64,000 bases of DNA, taken from positions 4,441-68,440 of the forward strand of contig CAZVGL010000001.1 in the NCBI GenBank assembly GCA_964626705.1, written 5' to 3'. The translations under genes and the position numbers were made by a program. The stretch's first letter is position 1. Each line of letters opens with the position of its first letter. The notes beneath the pieces were generated by a model, which made no database searches, was not told the origin of the DNA, and saw nothing but the letters and a program-made list of their open reading frames with translations. Source of the DNA: an uncultured Candidatus Saccharibacteria bacterium (GTDB lineage: Bacteria; Patescibacteriota; Minisyncoccia; Phycocordibacterales; UBA2163). Below, in pieces: positions 9,881 through 19,673 of this stretch.

Positions 9881-12264
9881 ATTTTTTTCATCTCTCCCCA
9901 ATTATCCCCCACTGATACATCAACCAAAAGCTCTATGTCGTAAATATCTTTTGGATCTATCACTGATTCCATTATTTTTTTAATTTCTTTTGAGATCTCT
10001 TCTACTTTTTTATCTTTGATCTCATATACAAGTTCGTCATGTACCTGAAGTAAAAGCTGTGCGTCTTTTGAGAGTCCCTGCTTCTCAAGATAGCTATCGA
10101 TACGCGCCATAGCTATCTTTATAATATCTGACTGTGTACCCTGAATAGGCGCATTTATAGCCATCCTCTCTGCCATAGCCCTGACGAATGGTATATTAGA
10201 ATTAATCCCCTCAAAGTGCCGTTTTCGGCCAAAATACGTCTCTGTATAACCAAGACGCGCTGCATCTAGCTTTATTTCATGCATATAATGCGCAAGTCCT
10301 GAGAATATTTTGAAGTATTCGTTAAGATACTTTTGTGCCTCTGCACGTGTAGTCTTAAGATTCTCTTTAAGCGCACTTACACCCATGCCATATTGGATAC
10401 CAAAGTTGATAACTTTTGCTTCTCTTCTCATCTCATCATCTACCATATCTATAGGCACATCAAAAACCTCCGATGCAACTTTCGCATGAATATCTCCACC
10501 TGTCTTAAAGTTTTCTATAAGCTTCTCGTCACGAGATAAAAATGCAGCAACACGAAGTTCTATCTGAGAATAATCAAGTGCTACTAATTTATACCCCTTG
10601 CTCGCAACAAATGCATTACGAATATTCCTACCAAGCTCTGTGCGAACAGGTATGTTCTGCAAATTCGGATTCTGAGACGACATCCTTCCCGTTGTCGTAC
10701 CTGTCTGTATGAACTTAGCGTGCAAACGATTATCTTTGTCTAGAAGCTGTGGGATATTATCTATATAAGTAGACAAAAGTTTTTGCAACTCCCTATATGA
10801 AAAGATCTCACTGATGATAGGGTGCATATCCCTCATCTTTTCTAGCTCAGACTCACGAGTAGAACGAGCACCTGAGCCTGTTTTCTTTTGGTTTTTCGGC
10901 TTAAGCTCTAACTTATCAAAAAGCACGACACCTAATTGCTTCGGGGAGTTAATATTAAACTCTTCACCTGCATGTTTATAGATCTTATCCTCAAGTTTAG
11001 ATAAATTTTTATGATAATCTTTCGAAAGTTTTTTTAAATAAACAGCATCGACAACAATACCTCTTTCTTCCATCTTTTCTATCACAGGTATGATAGGTAG
11101 CTCTATATCATTTAAAACTTTTTCTAACTTTTGCTTTTTTATTTCTGTAAATATATACTTATGCGCTTCTTTAAAAGATTTAGTGTCTGCAAACTGCAAA
11201 ATATCCTCAAGTGTTGGGTTTGTAGTGTCAGAATGCAAAAGCCAAAGAGCTATACCAACCTTTTTAATATCGTCATCTGAAACTTCTTCTTTTTCAACCT
11301 CTTCTTCAGGCTCTGCTTCTTCTAAGATATTAGCTCCCCCACCAAATGCCTCTCGCACTCTCTGTGACAAAGTTCTAAACCCAAGTTCTTGAAACAATTT
11401 AAATATCCCATCAACCTCGAGTGCATCTCTCCACTTTTCCTCTGGTATCTTAAAATCTATAGGTACATCAAGACGTATTGTCGCAAGCATTTTAGAAAAC
11501 AATGCTTCTTCTTCATTTTCCTCTAAAATACCTACGATTCGTGGCTTTATACCAGCTTCTTCAAATTTCTCTTTGCTCTTTTTGAGAGCCTTGTACATCT
11601 CTTCAATAGTGCCAAACTTTTGTATTAAAATAGTTGCAGTTTTCTCGCCGATTCCTGCAATCCCAGGGATATTGTCAGACGGATCACCGCGAAGCCCTTT
11701 GTAATCTGTCAAAAGCTTTGGACCAAAACCAAATCTTTCTTCAACACCTTTTTCATCATATAGTACAACTTCTTTAATCCCTTTCTTCTGTGTGTAAACA
11801 CGCACGCGCTTGTTGTCCACGAGCTGGAGTGTATCCATATCGCCAGATGCGATAATCACATCAATATCTTTTTTACCTTTTACCTGATGTGCAATAGTGC
11901 CGAGTACGTCATCGGCTTCAAACCCAGCTTTTTCATAAATAGGAATATTAAAAACTTCAAAAATATCTCGCGAACGGTTAATTTGGGCAATAAGGTCATC
12001 GTGTGTTTTTGCACGCCCTGCTTTATAGTCTTCATAGACCTCATGCCTGTATGTCGGCTCCGGCAAGTCATAACACGCTACCAAATAGTCCGGCTTCAGA
12101 TCGTCAATGATTTTCATAAGCATTGCTGACACTCCATAGAGCGCGCCAGTGGGCTCACCCTTATCCGATGTAAAATCCGGCAATGCATGGTACGCCCTGT
12201 GCAATATCGCATGTGCATCAAGGAGTACTAACCTCTTTTTCTCACTTTTTCCACCTTTAGTCAT
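9877..12264 (-). CDS. polA: DNA polymerase I (5'-3' exonuclease + polymerase; 3'-5' exonuclease domain reduced)
   Basis: EADD, GDPSDNIPG, TGRMSS, DYSQIELR, AKVINFG, QVHDEL. Confidence 0.97.
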   Translation of the reverse strand: MTKGGKSEKKRLVLLDAHAILHRAYHALPDFTSDKGEPTGALYGVSAMLMKIIDDLKPDYLVACYDLPEPTYRHEVYEDYKAGRAKTHDDLIAQINRSRDIFEVFNIPIYEKAGFEADDVLGTIAHQVKGKKDIDVIIASGDMDTLQLVDNKRVRVYTQKKGIKEVVLYDEKGVEERFGFGPKLLTDYKGLRGDPSDNIPGIAGIGEKTATILIQKFGTIEEMYKALKKSKEKFEEAGIKPRIVGILEENEEEALFSKMLATIRLDVPIDFKIPEEKWRDALEVDGIFKLFQELGFRTLSQRVREAFGGGANILEEAEPEEEVEKEEVSDDDIKKVGIALWLLHSDTTNPTLEDILQFADTKSFKEAHKYIFTEIKKQKLEKVLNDIELPIIPVIEKMEERGIVVDAVYLKKLSKDYHKNLSKLEDKIYKHAGEEFNINSPKQLGVVLFDKLELKPKNQKKTGSGARSTRESELEKMRDMHPIISEIFSYRELQKLLSTYIDNIPQLLDKDNRLHAKFIQTGTTTGRMSSQNPNLQNIPVRTELGRNIRNAFVASKGYKLVALDYSQIELRVAAFLSRDEKLIENFKTGGDIHAKVASEVFDVPIDMVDDEMRREAKVINFGIQYGMGVSALKENLKTTRAEAQKYLNEYFKIFSGLAHYMHEIKLDAARLGYTETYFGRKRHFEGINSNIPFVRAMAERMAINAPIQGTQSDIIKIAMARIDSYLEKQGLSKDAQLLLQVHDELVYEIKDKKVEEISKEIKKIMESVIDPKDIYDIELLVDVSVGDNWGEMKKI

Positions 12265-12379
12265 ACTCCAATTTTACCATATATTTTAGTAAAAAATTTT
12301 ACAAAAAAAGAAGGAGCTGAAAACTAATAAATTAGTCCAGCTCCTTTGTATAAAACCCTTTTTAATTGGTTGTCATATC

Positions 12380-12805
12380 TTACTTCTTTGCATCTGCAAC
12401 CAAACCTTGAGCTTTTTTGAGAAGATCTGACATCTTCTTCTCAATTTCAGCCTGCATCTTCTCAAGCTCAGAAATACTCTCATCAACTTTTTTTATTCCA
12501 TTTTCGAGCATTACTTTTAATTTAGTGTTATCTGTTGTATCAGCGATACCTTGAAATTTTGCCTTTTGTAATTCAGTAGCCATGATTAGACCAACAACTT
12601 TCTGAAGTTCTTTTGACAGTTGATCCGATTCATTCTTAATTTCAAACAACTCCATCTTAAGCAAGATATTGTCTGTCAGTTGGATAAGCACACTTTCCAT
12701 AGTTTTTGACTTCTGCTCATCTTGCGCAAACGAATTAGCAGAGAAAGAAATAGTAACAACAATCAGTAATGCAACAAAGGTAGGTATAATTTTCGCAAAT
12801 TTCAT
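12380..12805 (-). CDS. Secreted coiled-coil hypothetical protein
   Basis: Signal peptide ending SFSANSFA; heptad-rich mature part; SD AAAGGAG; terminator at about 12312-12346. Confidence 0.65.
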   Translation of the reverse strand: MKFAKIIPTFVALLIVVTISFSANSFAQDEQKSKTMESVLIQLTDNILLKMELFEIKNESDQLSKELQKVVGLIMATELQKAKFQGIADTTDNTKLKVMLENGIKKVDESISELEKMQAEIEKKMSDLLKKAQGLVADAKK

Positions 12806-13023
12806 TTTCGGTCTCCTTTCAAGAGATGAAAATTAAAAAGATAATATTTAATGTACAAAACAATACACTTGTATCGTACTTATATATTAGCATACTTATA
12901 TATGTTTGTCAAGGGTTAATTTTACCCTTACTCTAAGCTAGATTTGGATGCAAAAAAAAGGCCCGGCATATAAATATAACATGCTCGGACCCCGTCTTTC
13001 TTGAAACTGCGAACTTACTTTAA

Positions 13024-13467
13024 CTATTCGCACATATTTACTAAATCCCCTGAAGTAAACTCAACACCAGCAATCTTTACTTCATCCAGATTAATGACCG
13101 CATAATCACCATCTATTGTGGCTCCATTACTAACCATCGCAGACCTGCTTATTTCAGTAGTATCGCCGTATACTTTGACCCTTGCTTTAACAACAAACTT
13201 CATAAGTTCTGCATTAAGCGCTATTTTTGCAACCATTATTCCAAATTTTTCGCTACCATTATTTAATGCTGTAAATTGTGCAACTTTTGTACGAAGCAAT
13301 ATTTTACCATCATCACTTGATACAAATTCATAATTAAGGACGTATTCGTTTCTTACTCCAGGAACCGTATAAGCCAAAAGTCGCTTTTCTGCAAATGAAT
13401 CAGCAGAGAAAGAAGCGGTAACAACAAATAGCAACATAGCAATAACGACAAGATTTCGGATTTTCAT
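13024..13467 (-). CDS. Secreted hypothetical protein, copy 1
   Basis: Signal peptide ending SFSADSFA; identical to 13686..14129. Confidence 0.7.
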   Translation of the reverse strand: MKIRNLVVIAMLLFVVTASFSADSFAEKRLLAYTVPGVRNEYVLNYEFVSSDDGKILLRTKVAQFTALNNGSEKFGIMVAKIALNAELMKFVVKARVKVYGDTTEISRSAMVSNGATIDGDYAVINLDEVKIAGVEFTSGDLVNMCE

Positions 13468-13685
13468 TTTCGGTCTCCTTTCAAGAGATGAAAATTAAAA
13501 AGATAATATTTAATGTACAAAACAATACACTTGTATCGTACTTATATATTAGCATACTTATATATGTTTGTCAAGGGTTAATTTTACCCTTACTCTAAGC
13601 TAGATTTGGATGCAAAAAAAAGGCCCGGCATATAAATATAACATGCTCGGACCCCGTCTTTCTTGAAACTGCGAACTTACTTTAA

Positions 13686-14129
13686 CTATTCGCACATATT
13701 TACTAAATCCCCTGAAGTAAACTCAACACCAGCAATCTTTACTTCATCCAGATTAATGACCGCATAATCACCATCTATTGTGGCTCCATTACTAACCATC
13801 GCAGACCTGCTTATTTCAGTAGTATCGCCGTATACTTTGACCCTTGCTTTAACAACAAACTTCATAAGTTCTGCATTAAGCGCTATTTTTGCAACCATTA
13901 TTCCAAATTTTTCGCTACCATTATTTAATGCTGTAAATTGTGCAACTTTTGTACGAAGCAATATTTTACCATCATCACTTGATACAAATTCATAATTAAG
14001 GACGTATTCGTTTCTTACTCCAGGAACCGTATAAGCCAAAAGTCGCTTTTCTGCAAATGAATCAGCAGAGAAAGAAGCGGTAACAACAAATAGCAACATA
14101 GCAATAACGACAAGATTTCGGATTTTCAT
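13686..14129 (-). CDS. Secreted hypothetical protein, copy 2
   Basis: Identical to 13024..13467. Confidence 0.7.
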   Translation of the reverse strand: MKIRNLVVIAMLLFVVTASFSADSFAEKRLLAYTVPGVRNEYVLNYEFVSSDDGKILLRTKVAQFTALNNGSEKFGIMVAKIALNAELMKFVVKARVKVYGDTTEISRSAMVSNGATIDGDYAVINLDEVKIAGVEFTSGDLVNMCE

Positions 14130-14240
14130 TTTCGGTCCCCTTTCAAGAGATGAAAATTAAAAAAGTAATATGTAATGTACAAAACAATACACTTGTATCG
14201 TGCTTATATATTAGCATATTTAGATGCGTTTGTCAAGTAC

Positions 14241-14669
14241 CTATTTGACTTCAATCTCTCTTGTGTTTTCGTCTATGAATTTGAAGTACATTTCTTGTTT
14301 ATCGTCTGGTAAGACATCTTTTACATTATCAGGCCACTCTATAAATATAATGTTTTTAGGGTTTTTAGAGACTTCTTCCCAACCTAAAGTCTTTAACTCT
14401 TCCCCGCTCTTAAGCCTATATGCGTCAATATGGATCAGATTATCAAAATCTTGATTCTCTAGTTTATAAATCTTTTCAATAACAAATGTCGGACTTGTAA
14501 CAGTGTTCTCTATACCAAACTCTTTTGCCACCATTTTTACAAAAGTTGTTTTACCAGAACCCAAGTCACCATGCATCGCCACCACAAAGGCTAAGCCTTT
14601 GTGAGGTTTGATGTTTTCTACAAACTCTTTTGCTATTTTTCCTGTTTCTTCTATGCTTTTAGATATCAT
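14241..14669 (-). CDS. tsaE: t6A biosynthesis ATPase TsaE
   Basis: GDLGSGKTTF, VTSPTF, HIDAYRL, FIEWP; start moved to ATG 14669. Confidence 0.95.
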   Translation of the reverse strand: MISKSIEETGKIAKEFVENIKPHKGLAFVVAMHGDLGSGKTTFVKMVAKEFGIENTVTSPTFVIEKIYKLENQDFDNLIHIDAYRLKSGEELKTLGWEEVSKNPKNIIFIEWPDNVKDVLPDDKQEMYFKFIDENTREIEVK

Positions 14670-14733
14670 ACACACTACTTTATCATTTTTTAGACGCAAA
14701 TAAAGGGGAAATCAAAATGACTTTCCCCTTTTT

Positions 14734-15318
14734 TTAATTACCGAAACCTCGATAGCCTGTAGTACCCCAATAACCAACATTGAAGTTACTCTCTCTATCG
14801 TATCTCCTAGACCTTCTACGTCTGCTATCTCCCCAACCCCAATCACCGCCAAGATATCTAATTCTTCTTCCAGAATATACATTTTGGAAGTAAATCATCC
14901 TTCTTCTCGATGGCCAGTATTGCCCTCTGTTAATGTTGACTTGAACATTAGCATTACCAAGAGAAAAGGTAGTTTTTCCACATCCACCATTGCAGCTACT
15001 TTTTCCGCAACTATCGCAAGATGGTGTGTATTCTACTACAGAAGATCTTGTTTCTGAAGCAGAACCATAGAAGTTACTGCTGTCCACTACTATTGGACTT
15101 ACAGCTCTTCTTTTACATCTACTCCCCCCATGCAGTCCACGCTCTCTATCACCATAATAAAGATTGTGAACCGGACAATGAAACTTGTCACTTGGACGCT
15201 TCATATAGCTTCCAAGACTAGGAGCGGTGACGGTGGAGCGCGTTGTTGCGCATCCACTAAATACTCCGATCAGGAGCATTATAGATATTATTGTCATTAT
15301 CAGTTTTTTAACTTTCAT
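14734..15318 (-). CDS. Putative lipoprotein, Cys/His- and Arg/Gly-rich
   Basis: Hydrophobic stretch ending FSG-C lipobox; own TTGACA...TACAAT promoter at about 15392-15419. Confidence 0.55.
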   Translation of the reverse strand: MKVKKLIMTIISIMLLIGVFSGCATTRSTVTAPSLGSYMKRPSDKFHCPVHNLYYGDRERGLHGGSRCKRRAVSPIVVDSSNFYGSASETRSSVVEYTPSCDSCGKSSCNGGCGKTTFSLGNANVQVNINRGQYWPSRRRMIYFQNVYSGRRIRYLGGDWGWGDSRRRRSRRYDRESNFNVGYWGTTGYRGFGN

Positions 15319-15575
15319 GACATCCTCACTTTCTCGATCTCCTGATCGAAATAATATTTTAAATTATAAAACAACTACTTTTCTTAGCCCTATTGTAGCA
15401 TATACACCGTATTTGTCAAGGGTTTATACCCCATCCACACATCTACCCAACATCCTTGATTTTTGCCAAAAACCACGTATTCTAAAAAGTGGAGAGAGGA
15501 GCGACTCTTTGACAAGTAAAAGGTAGTAGATTTCTTTTCTAATTTCTAACAATTTAATTTGGATTGGAGGTAGTT

Positions 15576-16190
15576 ATGAAAAACAGATTTATTATATTAA
15601 TCGCGTGTTTCGCAATGCTCTGCAGTATTGTGATTACACAATCGCAGGAAACGTTTGCCGAGAAAACGAAATCGGCAAGTCATGACGTACATTTCTTTAC
15701 ACAAGGCTCTGATGGAGCAAATGATCTGCAGTCGTTTAAGTACGACAAGAAAGAAAACGGTGTGTCACACAACAATTGGCCGGAATATGGTATCGAAGGT
15801 GAGAGCAAACAGCGAAACGTTGATGAGAGCAATGTAGCTTACGATAAGGCGATTGATCCTGGATATAAACAAGCCGCTATTGGAAGATGTCCGACCCGGG
15901 CTGAATACGGAACACTGGCCGCTATCGTCACACCCACATATTATAAAGCAGGGGTGTTGGCAATTACACAGGAACAGAAACCGATTAATGAAGGCGATGT
16001 GTTGAAGATAAGAGCAGCCATACTGAATGCAGAAATTATGGCCATGTCAAACTCAGGAGGTGCCGGTAAGTACCAGGATTTCCATGGACTCACACTGGAA
16101 AATGTTGAGCTATCAGCGAATGATCTGAAGATTAACAACAATGAAAAGTTTGCCGTAACAAAAAAAGTGAAAGTCTCAAGACAGGTTTAA
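15576..16190 (+). CDS. Secreted hypothetical protein
   Basis: GGAGG SD then MKNRFIILIACFAMLCSIVITQSQETFA; terminator at about 16365-16397. Confidence 0.6.
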   Translation: MKNRFIILIACFAMLCSIVITQSQETFAEKTKSASHDVHFFTQGSDGANDLQSFKYDKKENGVSHNNWPEYGIEGESKQRNVDESNVAYDKAIDPGYKQAAIGRCPTRAEYGTLAAIVTPTYYKAGVLAITQEQKPINEGDVLKIRAAILNAEIMAMSNSGGAGKYQDFHGLTLENVELSANDLKINNNEKFAVTKKVKVSRQV

Positions 16191-16414
16191 TCAGCTTTAA
16201 TAAAAGCATGGCACACTTGTAATACAACTTGGAAACGCTTAATCGGACGCAAAGCGCCGGTAAAATTAGTACAAGTTTTATTTAGAAGGAGTAGTATAAA
16301 CAATGTTTTAGAGGAGTCGCTCCCTCTACTCTATTTTGTACATTTAGTAGAAGCATGAACACAGATAGCCCAACCTTTATCATAAAGGTTGGGCTATTTC
16401 TTTTTTAAAAATCT

Positions 16415-16475
16415 CTCCTCAAGGTCGCACCTATGAAGAAGGAGTTACGTATCTTCTTCATCGAGGAAAGACCTT
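16415..16475 (+). repeat. REP/MITE-like family 1 element
   Basis: CTCCTCAAGGTCGCACCT - internal hairpin - CGAGGAAAGACCTT. Confidence 0.85.
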
Positions 16476-16587
16476 AATTTATAGACGATAAAAAGCAATA
16501 CGATTGCTTTTTATTACCACACGGTTTTTATACAAAACAAATATTGTCACGATGTGGAAAAGACGCTAATATGGAAATAATAATGAC

Positions 16588-18255
16588 ATGGTCACTTTTG
16601 ATGAAACAAAAGTAGAGAAGAAGATTGCCCAACTCCACAGGAAAGAGGAGGAGGAATTAGCAGATATTCTATCAAACAAATATGGTTTGCAGTATATTGA
16701 CCTTTCTGGTGTTCCGATAAACACAGAAGCTCTTCAGCTCATCACAGAAGAAGTCTCTAAAGAAGCTGAAATGGCTATTTTTAAAAAAGTTGGCAAGAAG
16801 ATCTCCGTTGCCGTACGTTCACCAAACAATATAAAAACAAAAGAAGTGGTAAAAGAGCTTGAAGAAAAAAACTATCTTCCCACACTCTTCATGGCTTCTT
16901 CAAACAGTATTAACCGTGCTATTAAAAGATATGCTGACATCTCCTTTGCTGTTGAAACTAAAGCAGGGATGCTGGACATATCTGGAGAAGATATAAAAAA
17001 GATATTAACTTCACTAAACAGTGTTTCTGATATTAAAAACCTCATTGACGAAACATTGAAAATAAAAAAGGCTCACAGAATATCAAGAATACTTGAAGTT
17101 ATTATTGCTGGAGGTCTTGCAAAAAATGCATCTGACGTACATATAGAGCCAGAAGAAAATATAGTGCGTTTAAGATATCGTCTCGACGGTGTACTTATAA
17201 ACATTACAGATATTGATATAGAAACATATGACTTACTTTTATCAAGAATAAAACTTATATCCGGACTAAAGCTAAACCTAAAGAACACAGCACAAGACGG
17301 AAGGTTTAGTGTACAGATCGACGAAGATGATGTGGAAATAAGAACATCCATGCTTCCAGATGCATATGGTGAATCTATAGTTATGCGTATCCTAAACCCA
17401 AAGACGATATCTTTGTCGATGGAAGACTTGGGTATAGAAAAAAGGTTGTTTGATATCTTAGAAAGAGAAATATCTAAACCAAATGGCATGATACTAACAA
17501 CAGGACCAACTGGTTCTGGTAAAACAACCACACTATATGCATTCCTAAGAAGGATACAGACTCCCGAGAAAAAAATAATAACCATAGAAGACCCTATCGA
17601 GTACCATCTTCCAGGGATAGTGCAAACACAAGTAGACGATACAAATTATACATTTGGAAACGGCCTACGCTCAACTCTACGACAAGACCCTGACATCATA
17701 ATGGTGGGTGAGATACGAGATGAAGACGTAGCCTCAACTGCCATAAACGCATCCCTAACTGGTCATCTTGTATTCTCAACACTACACACAAACAATGCCG
17801 CTGGCTCATTCCCTCGCCTTATAGATCTTGGTATTAATCCTAAAGTTATAAGCTCTTCTATAAACGTAGTGCTAGCACAACGACTTGTAAGAAAGCTTTG
17901 TGAATCATGTAAAAAACAAATAGAAATAAGTGGCGACAAAAAGAAACAAATAGACAGGACTCTTGAAACTATTATTAATAAAGAAAATATTCAAGAGAAT
18001 ACTTCCATTATTTGGGAGGCCGGAGGATGTGACAAATGTAATAACACTGGATACAAAGGTAGGATCGGAGTTTTCGAAGCAGTTGTAATGGATGAAAAAG
18101 TAGAAGAGCTTGTAAAAGGTAGTGCGAGTGAAAGAGAGATATCTGAAGCTGCGATAAGCCAAGGAGTGCTTAGTATGCAACAAGACGGAGTACTGAAAGT
18201 CCTAAGAGGTGTCACGTCACTTGATGAGCTGGCGAGGGTGATAGAGCTGACCTAA
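16588..18255 (+). CDS. pilB: Type IV pilus assembly ATPase PilB/GspE
   Basis: ASDVHIEP, QDGRF, GPTGSGKTTT, TIEDPIEY, LRQDPD, TGHLVFSTLHTN, GYKGR. Confidence 0.93.
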   Translation: MVTFDETKVEKKIAQLHRKEEEELADILSNKYGLQYIDLSGVPINTEALQLITEEVSKEAEMAIFKKVGKKISVAVRSPNNIKTKEVVKELEEKNYLPTLFMASSNSINRAIKRYADISFAVETKAGMLDISGEDIKKILTSLNSVSDIKNLIDETLKIKKAHRISRILEVIIAGGLAKNASDVHIEPEENIVRLRYRLDGVLINITDIDIETYDLLLSRIKLISGLKLNLKNTAQDGRFSVQIDEDDVEIRTSMLPDAYGESIVMRILNPKTISLSMEDLGIEKRLFDILEREISKPNGMILTTGPTGSGKTTTLYAFLRRIQTPEKKIITIEDPIEYHLPGIVQTQVDDTNYTFGNGLRSTLRQDPDIIMVGEIRDEDVASTAINASLTGHLVFSTLHTNNAAGSFPRLIDLGINPKVISSSINVVLAQRLVRKLCESCKKQIEISGDKKKQIDRTLETIINKENIQENTSIIWEAGGCDKCNNTGYKGRIGVFEAVVMDEKVEELVKGSASEREISEAAISQGVLSMQQDGVLKVLRGVTSLDELARVIELT

Positions 18256-18275
18256 AGTTCTTTAAAATAAAAAGC

Positions 18276-18319
18276 TTCCAAGGGTAGCCCTTATAATTTA
18301 AAAAGGGCTACCCTTGGAA
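18276..18319. terminator. 17-bp stem terminator, U-tract on the minus strand
   Basis: TTCCAAGGGTAGCCCTT / AAGGGCTACCCTTGGAA preceded by an A-rich run at 18264-18273. Confidence 0.8.
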
Positions 18320-18331
18320 TCAATCAATATA

Positions 18332-18479
18332 TCGAAATCATGAATCTCTAAGCAATCTTTTAATGCAAGACTAAAAGTGAGCATCCTCCCTAAGGAGAGC
18401 CCGAGCAAGTCCAACCAGTGGTTGGAACCAAGGCATCCTCGAGAGGTGCGTCGGTTTGCTTAGAGATTCATGCTCTCGA
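18332..18479 (-). ncRNA. Candidate structured ncRNA (closing stem + four hairpins)
   Basis: Perfect 17-bp closing stem 18339-18355/18456-18472, four internal hairpins, no minus-strand ORF, followed by a minus-strand terminator. Confidence 0.5.
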
Positions 18480-18493
18480 AACAAAAAGCGGAG

Positions 18494-18586
18494 GAACTAA
18501 AGTGAAGTGTGCTTTTTTAAAAGTCTGGCCGAGTACAGCGAGGGTATCCGAGGACTTTTGAAAAAAGTACATTTCACTTTAAGTTC
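18494..18586. repeat. Palindromic family 2 element, upstream of ruvB
   Basis: GTGAA..TGCTTTTTTAAAAGTCTGGCCGAG..AGCGAGGG..CCGAGGACTTTTGAAAAAA..TCAC. Confidence 0.85.
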
Positions 18587-18634
18587 TTGTAGCTTCTATT
18601 TTCAATACATAAATACTAGCATATAAAATATATT

Positions 18635-19663
18635 ATGTCAAGCCCTAAAGAAACATTAAAAGATTCAGGCGGTAGTGGTATAAAAGCATCGCTTGATACC
18701 ACCCTTCGCCCCAAACACTGGGACGAATATGTTGGACAAGCAAATATCAAAGAAAACTTAAAGATATTGCTTACCGCAGCCAAAGAACGCTCTCATCCAC
18801 CAGAGCATCTCCTTTTTTATGGCCCACCAGGACTTGGGAAAACCACGCTAGCACACCTTATCTCGCAAGAACTCGGCGCTCAGGTGCGTGTCACTTCAGG
18901 ACCCGCTATTGAAAAGGTGGGTGACCTTGCAGCTATACTTACAAACCTCGGTGAAGGTGATATCCTTTTTATAGATGAGGTGCATAGACTTAATAAAACT
19001 ATTGAGGAAGTACTTTACCCTGCTATGGAGTCTGGGGTGATGGATATCATCATCGGTAAAGGTCCTTCTGCTCGGACTATACAGCTTGAGCTTCCGCCTT
19101 TCACACTTATAGCTGCTACGACTCGTATCGCACTTCTTTCTTCCCCTCTTCGTTCACGTTTTTCAGGTGGAACATTCCGCTTGAAGTTCTATGAGCAAAG
19201 CGAAATAGAAGAAATACTAAAACGCTCTGCTAAGATATTAGAAGTGGAGGTGGACGACCTTGCTGCAAATGAAATATCAAAAAGAAGTCGCTTCACACCG
19301 AGGATGGCAAACTACTTGTTGAAGCGTTGTCGTGATTTTGCACAAGTAAACCGAGAAACGCTTTCTAAAGACATGGTGGACAAAGCGCTAGAGCTTTTAG
19401 AGATAGACGAACTTGGACTTAACTCTTCTGATAGAAAGATCCTAGAAACTATTATAGAGAAGTTCAAAGGTGGGCCGGTAGGCCTTTCCACTATCGCTGC
19501 CGCAACATCAGAAGAGCAAGCTACAATAGAAGAAGTACATGAGCCATATCTTATACAGCTCGGGCTTCTACAACGCACACCACGTGGGCGTGTAGCAACA
19601 GAAGCAGCTTATAAACATTTGGGGTATGATGTACCCGAAGATTTACAAGGGAGATTATTATAA
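18635..19663 (+). CDS. ruvB: Holliday junction helicase RuvB
   Basis: LRP, GPPGLGKTTLA, FIDEVHRL, EEVLYPAME, RTPRGR. Confidence 0.98.
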   Translation: MSSPKETLKDSGGSGIKASLDTTLRPKHWDEYVGQANIKENLKILLTAAKERSHPPEHLLFYGPPGLGKTTLAHLISQELGAQVRVTSGPAIEKVGDLAAILTNLGEGDILFIDEVHRLNKTIEEVLYPAMESGVMDIIIGKGPSARTIQLELPPFTLIAATTRIALLSSPLRSRFSGGTFRLKFYEQSEIEEILKRSAKILEVEVDDLAANEISKRSRFTPRMANYLLKRCRDFAQVNRETLSKDMVDKALELLEIDELGLNSSDRKILETIIEKFKGGPVGLSTIAAATSEEQATIEEVHEPYLIQLGLLQRTPRGRVATEAAYKHLGYDVPEDLQGRLL

Positions 19664-19673
19664 AACAAGTGCA

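Larger units (their letters stand above)
12800..14137. repeat. Exact tandem duplication, period 662 bp, plus a diverged third leader copy to 14237
   Basis: 12800-13475 appears identical to 13462-14137 by eye; first mismatch T13476 vs C14138; the two ORFs are identical in the track. Confidence 0.93.

Noticed and set aside
16210-16278. c-di-GMP-I (GEMM) riboswitch-like words GGCACAC...GAAA...GGACGCAAAGC upstream of pilB
   Set aside because: The stem around GAAA does not pair, the second hairpin and its CTAA receptor are missing, and it lies in a 3' UTR; a cmsearch with the Rfam c-di-GMP-I model would settle it
12380-16400. Integron cassette array
   Set aside because: No attC-like structure or IntI seen; the genes carry their own promoters and terminators
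18332-18479. Assignment as SRP RNA, RNase P RNA, tmRNA or tRNA
   Set aside because: Lacks SRP helix-8, RNase P GAGGAAAGUCC, tmRNA termini and a TTC T-loop; kept as an unknown ncRNA candidate
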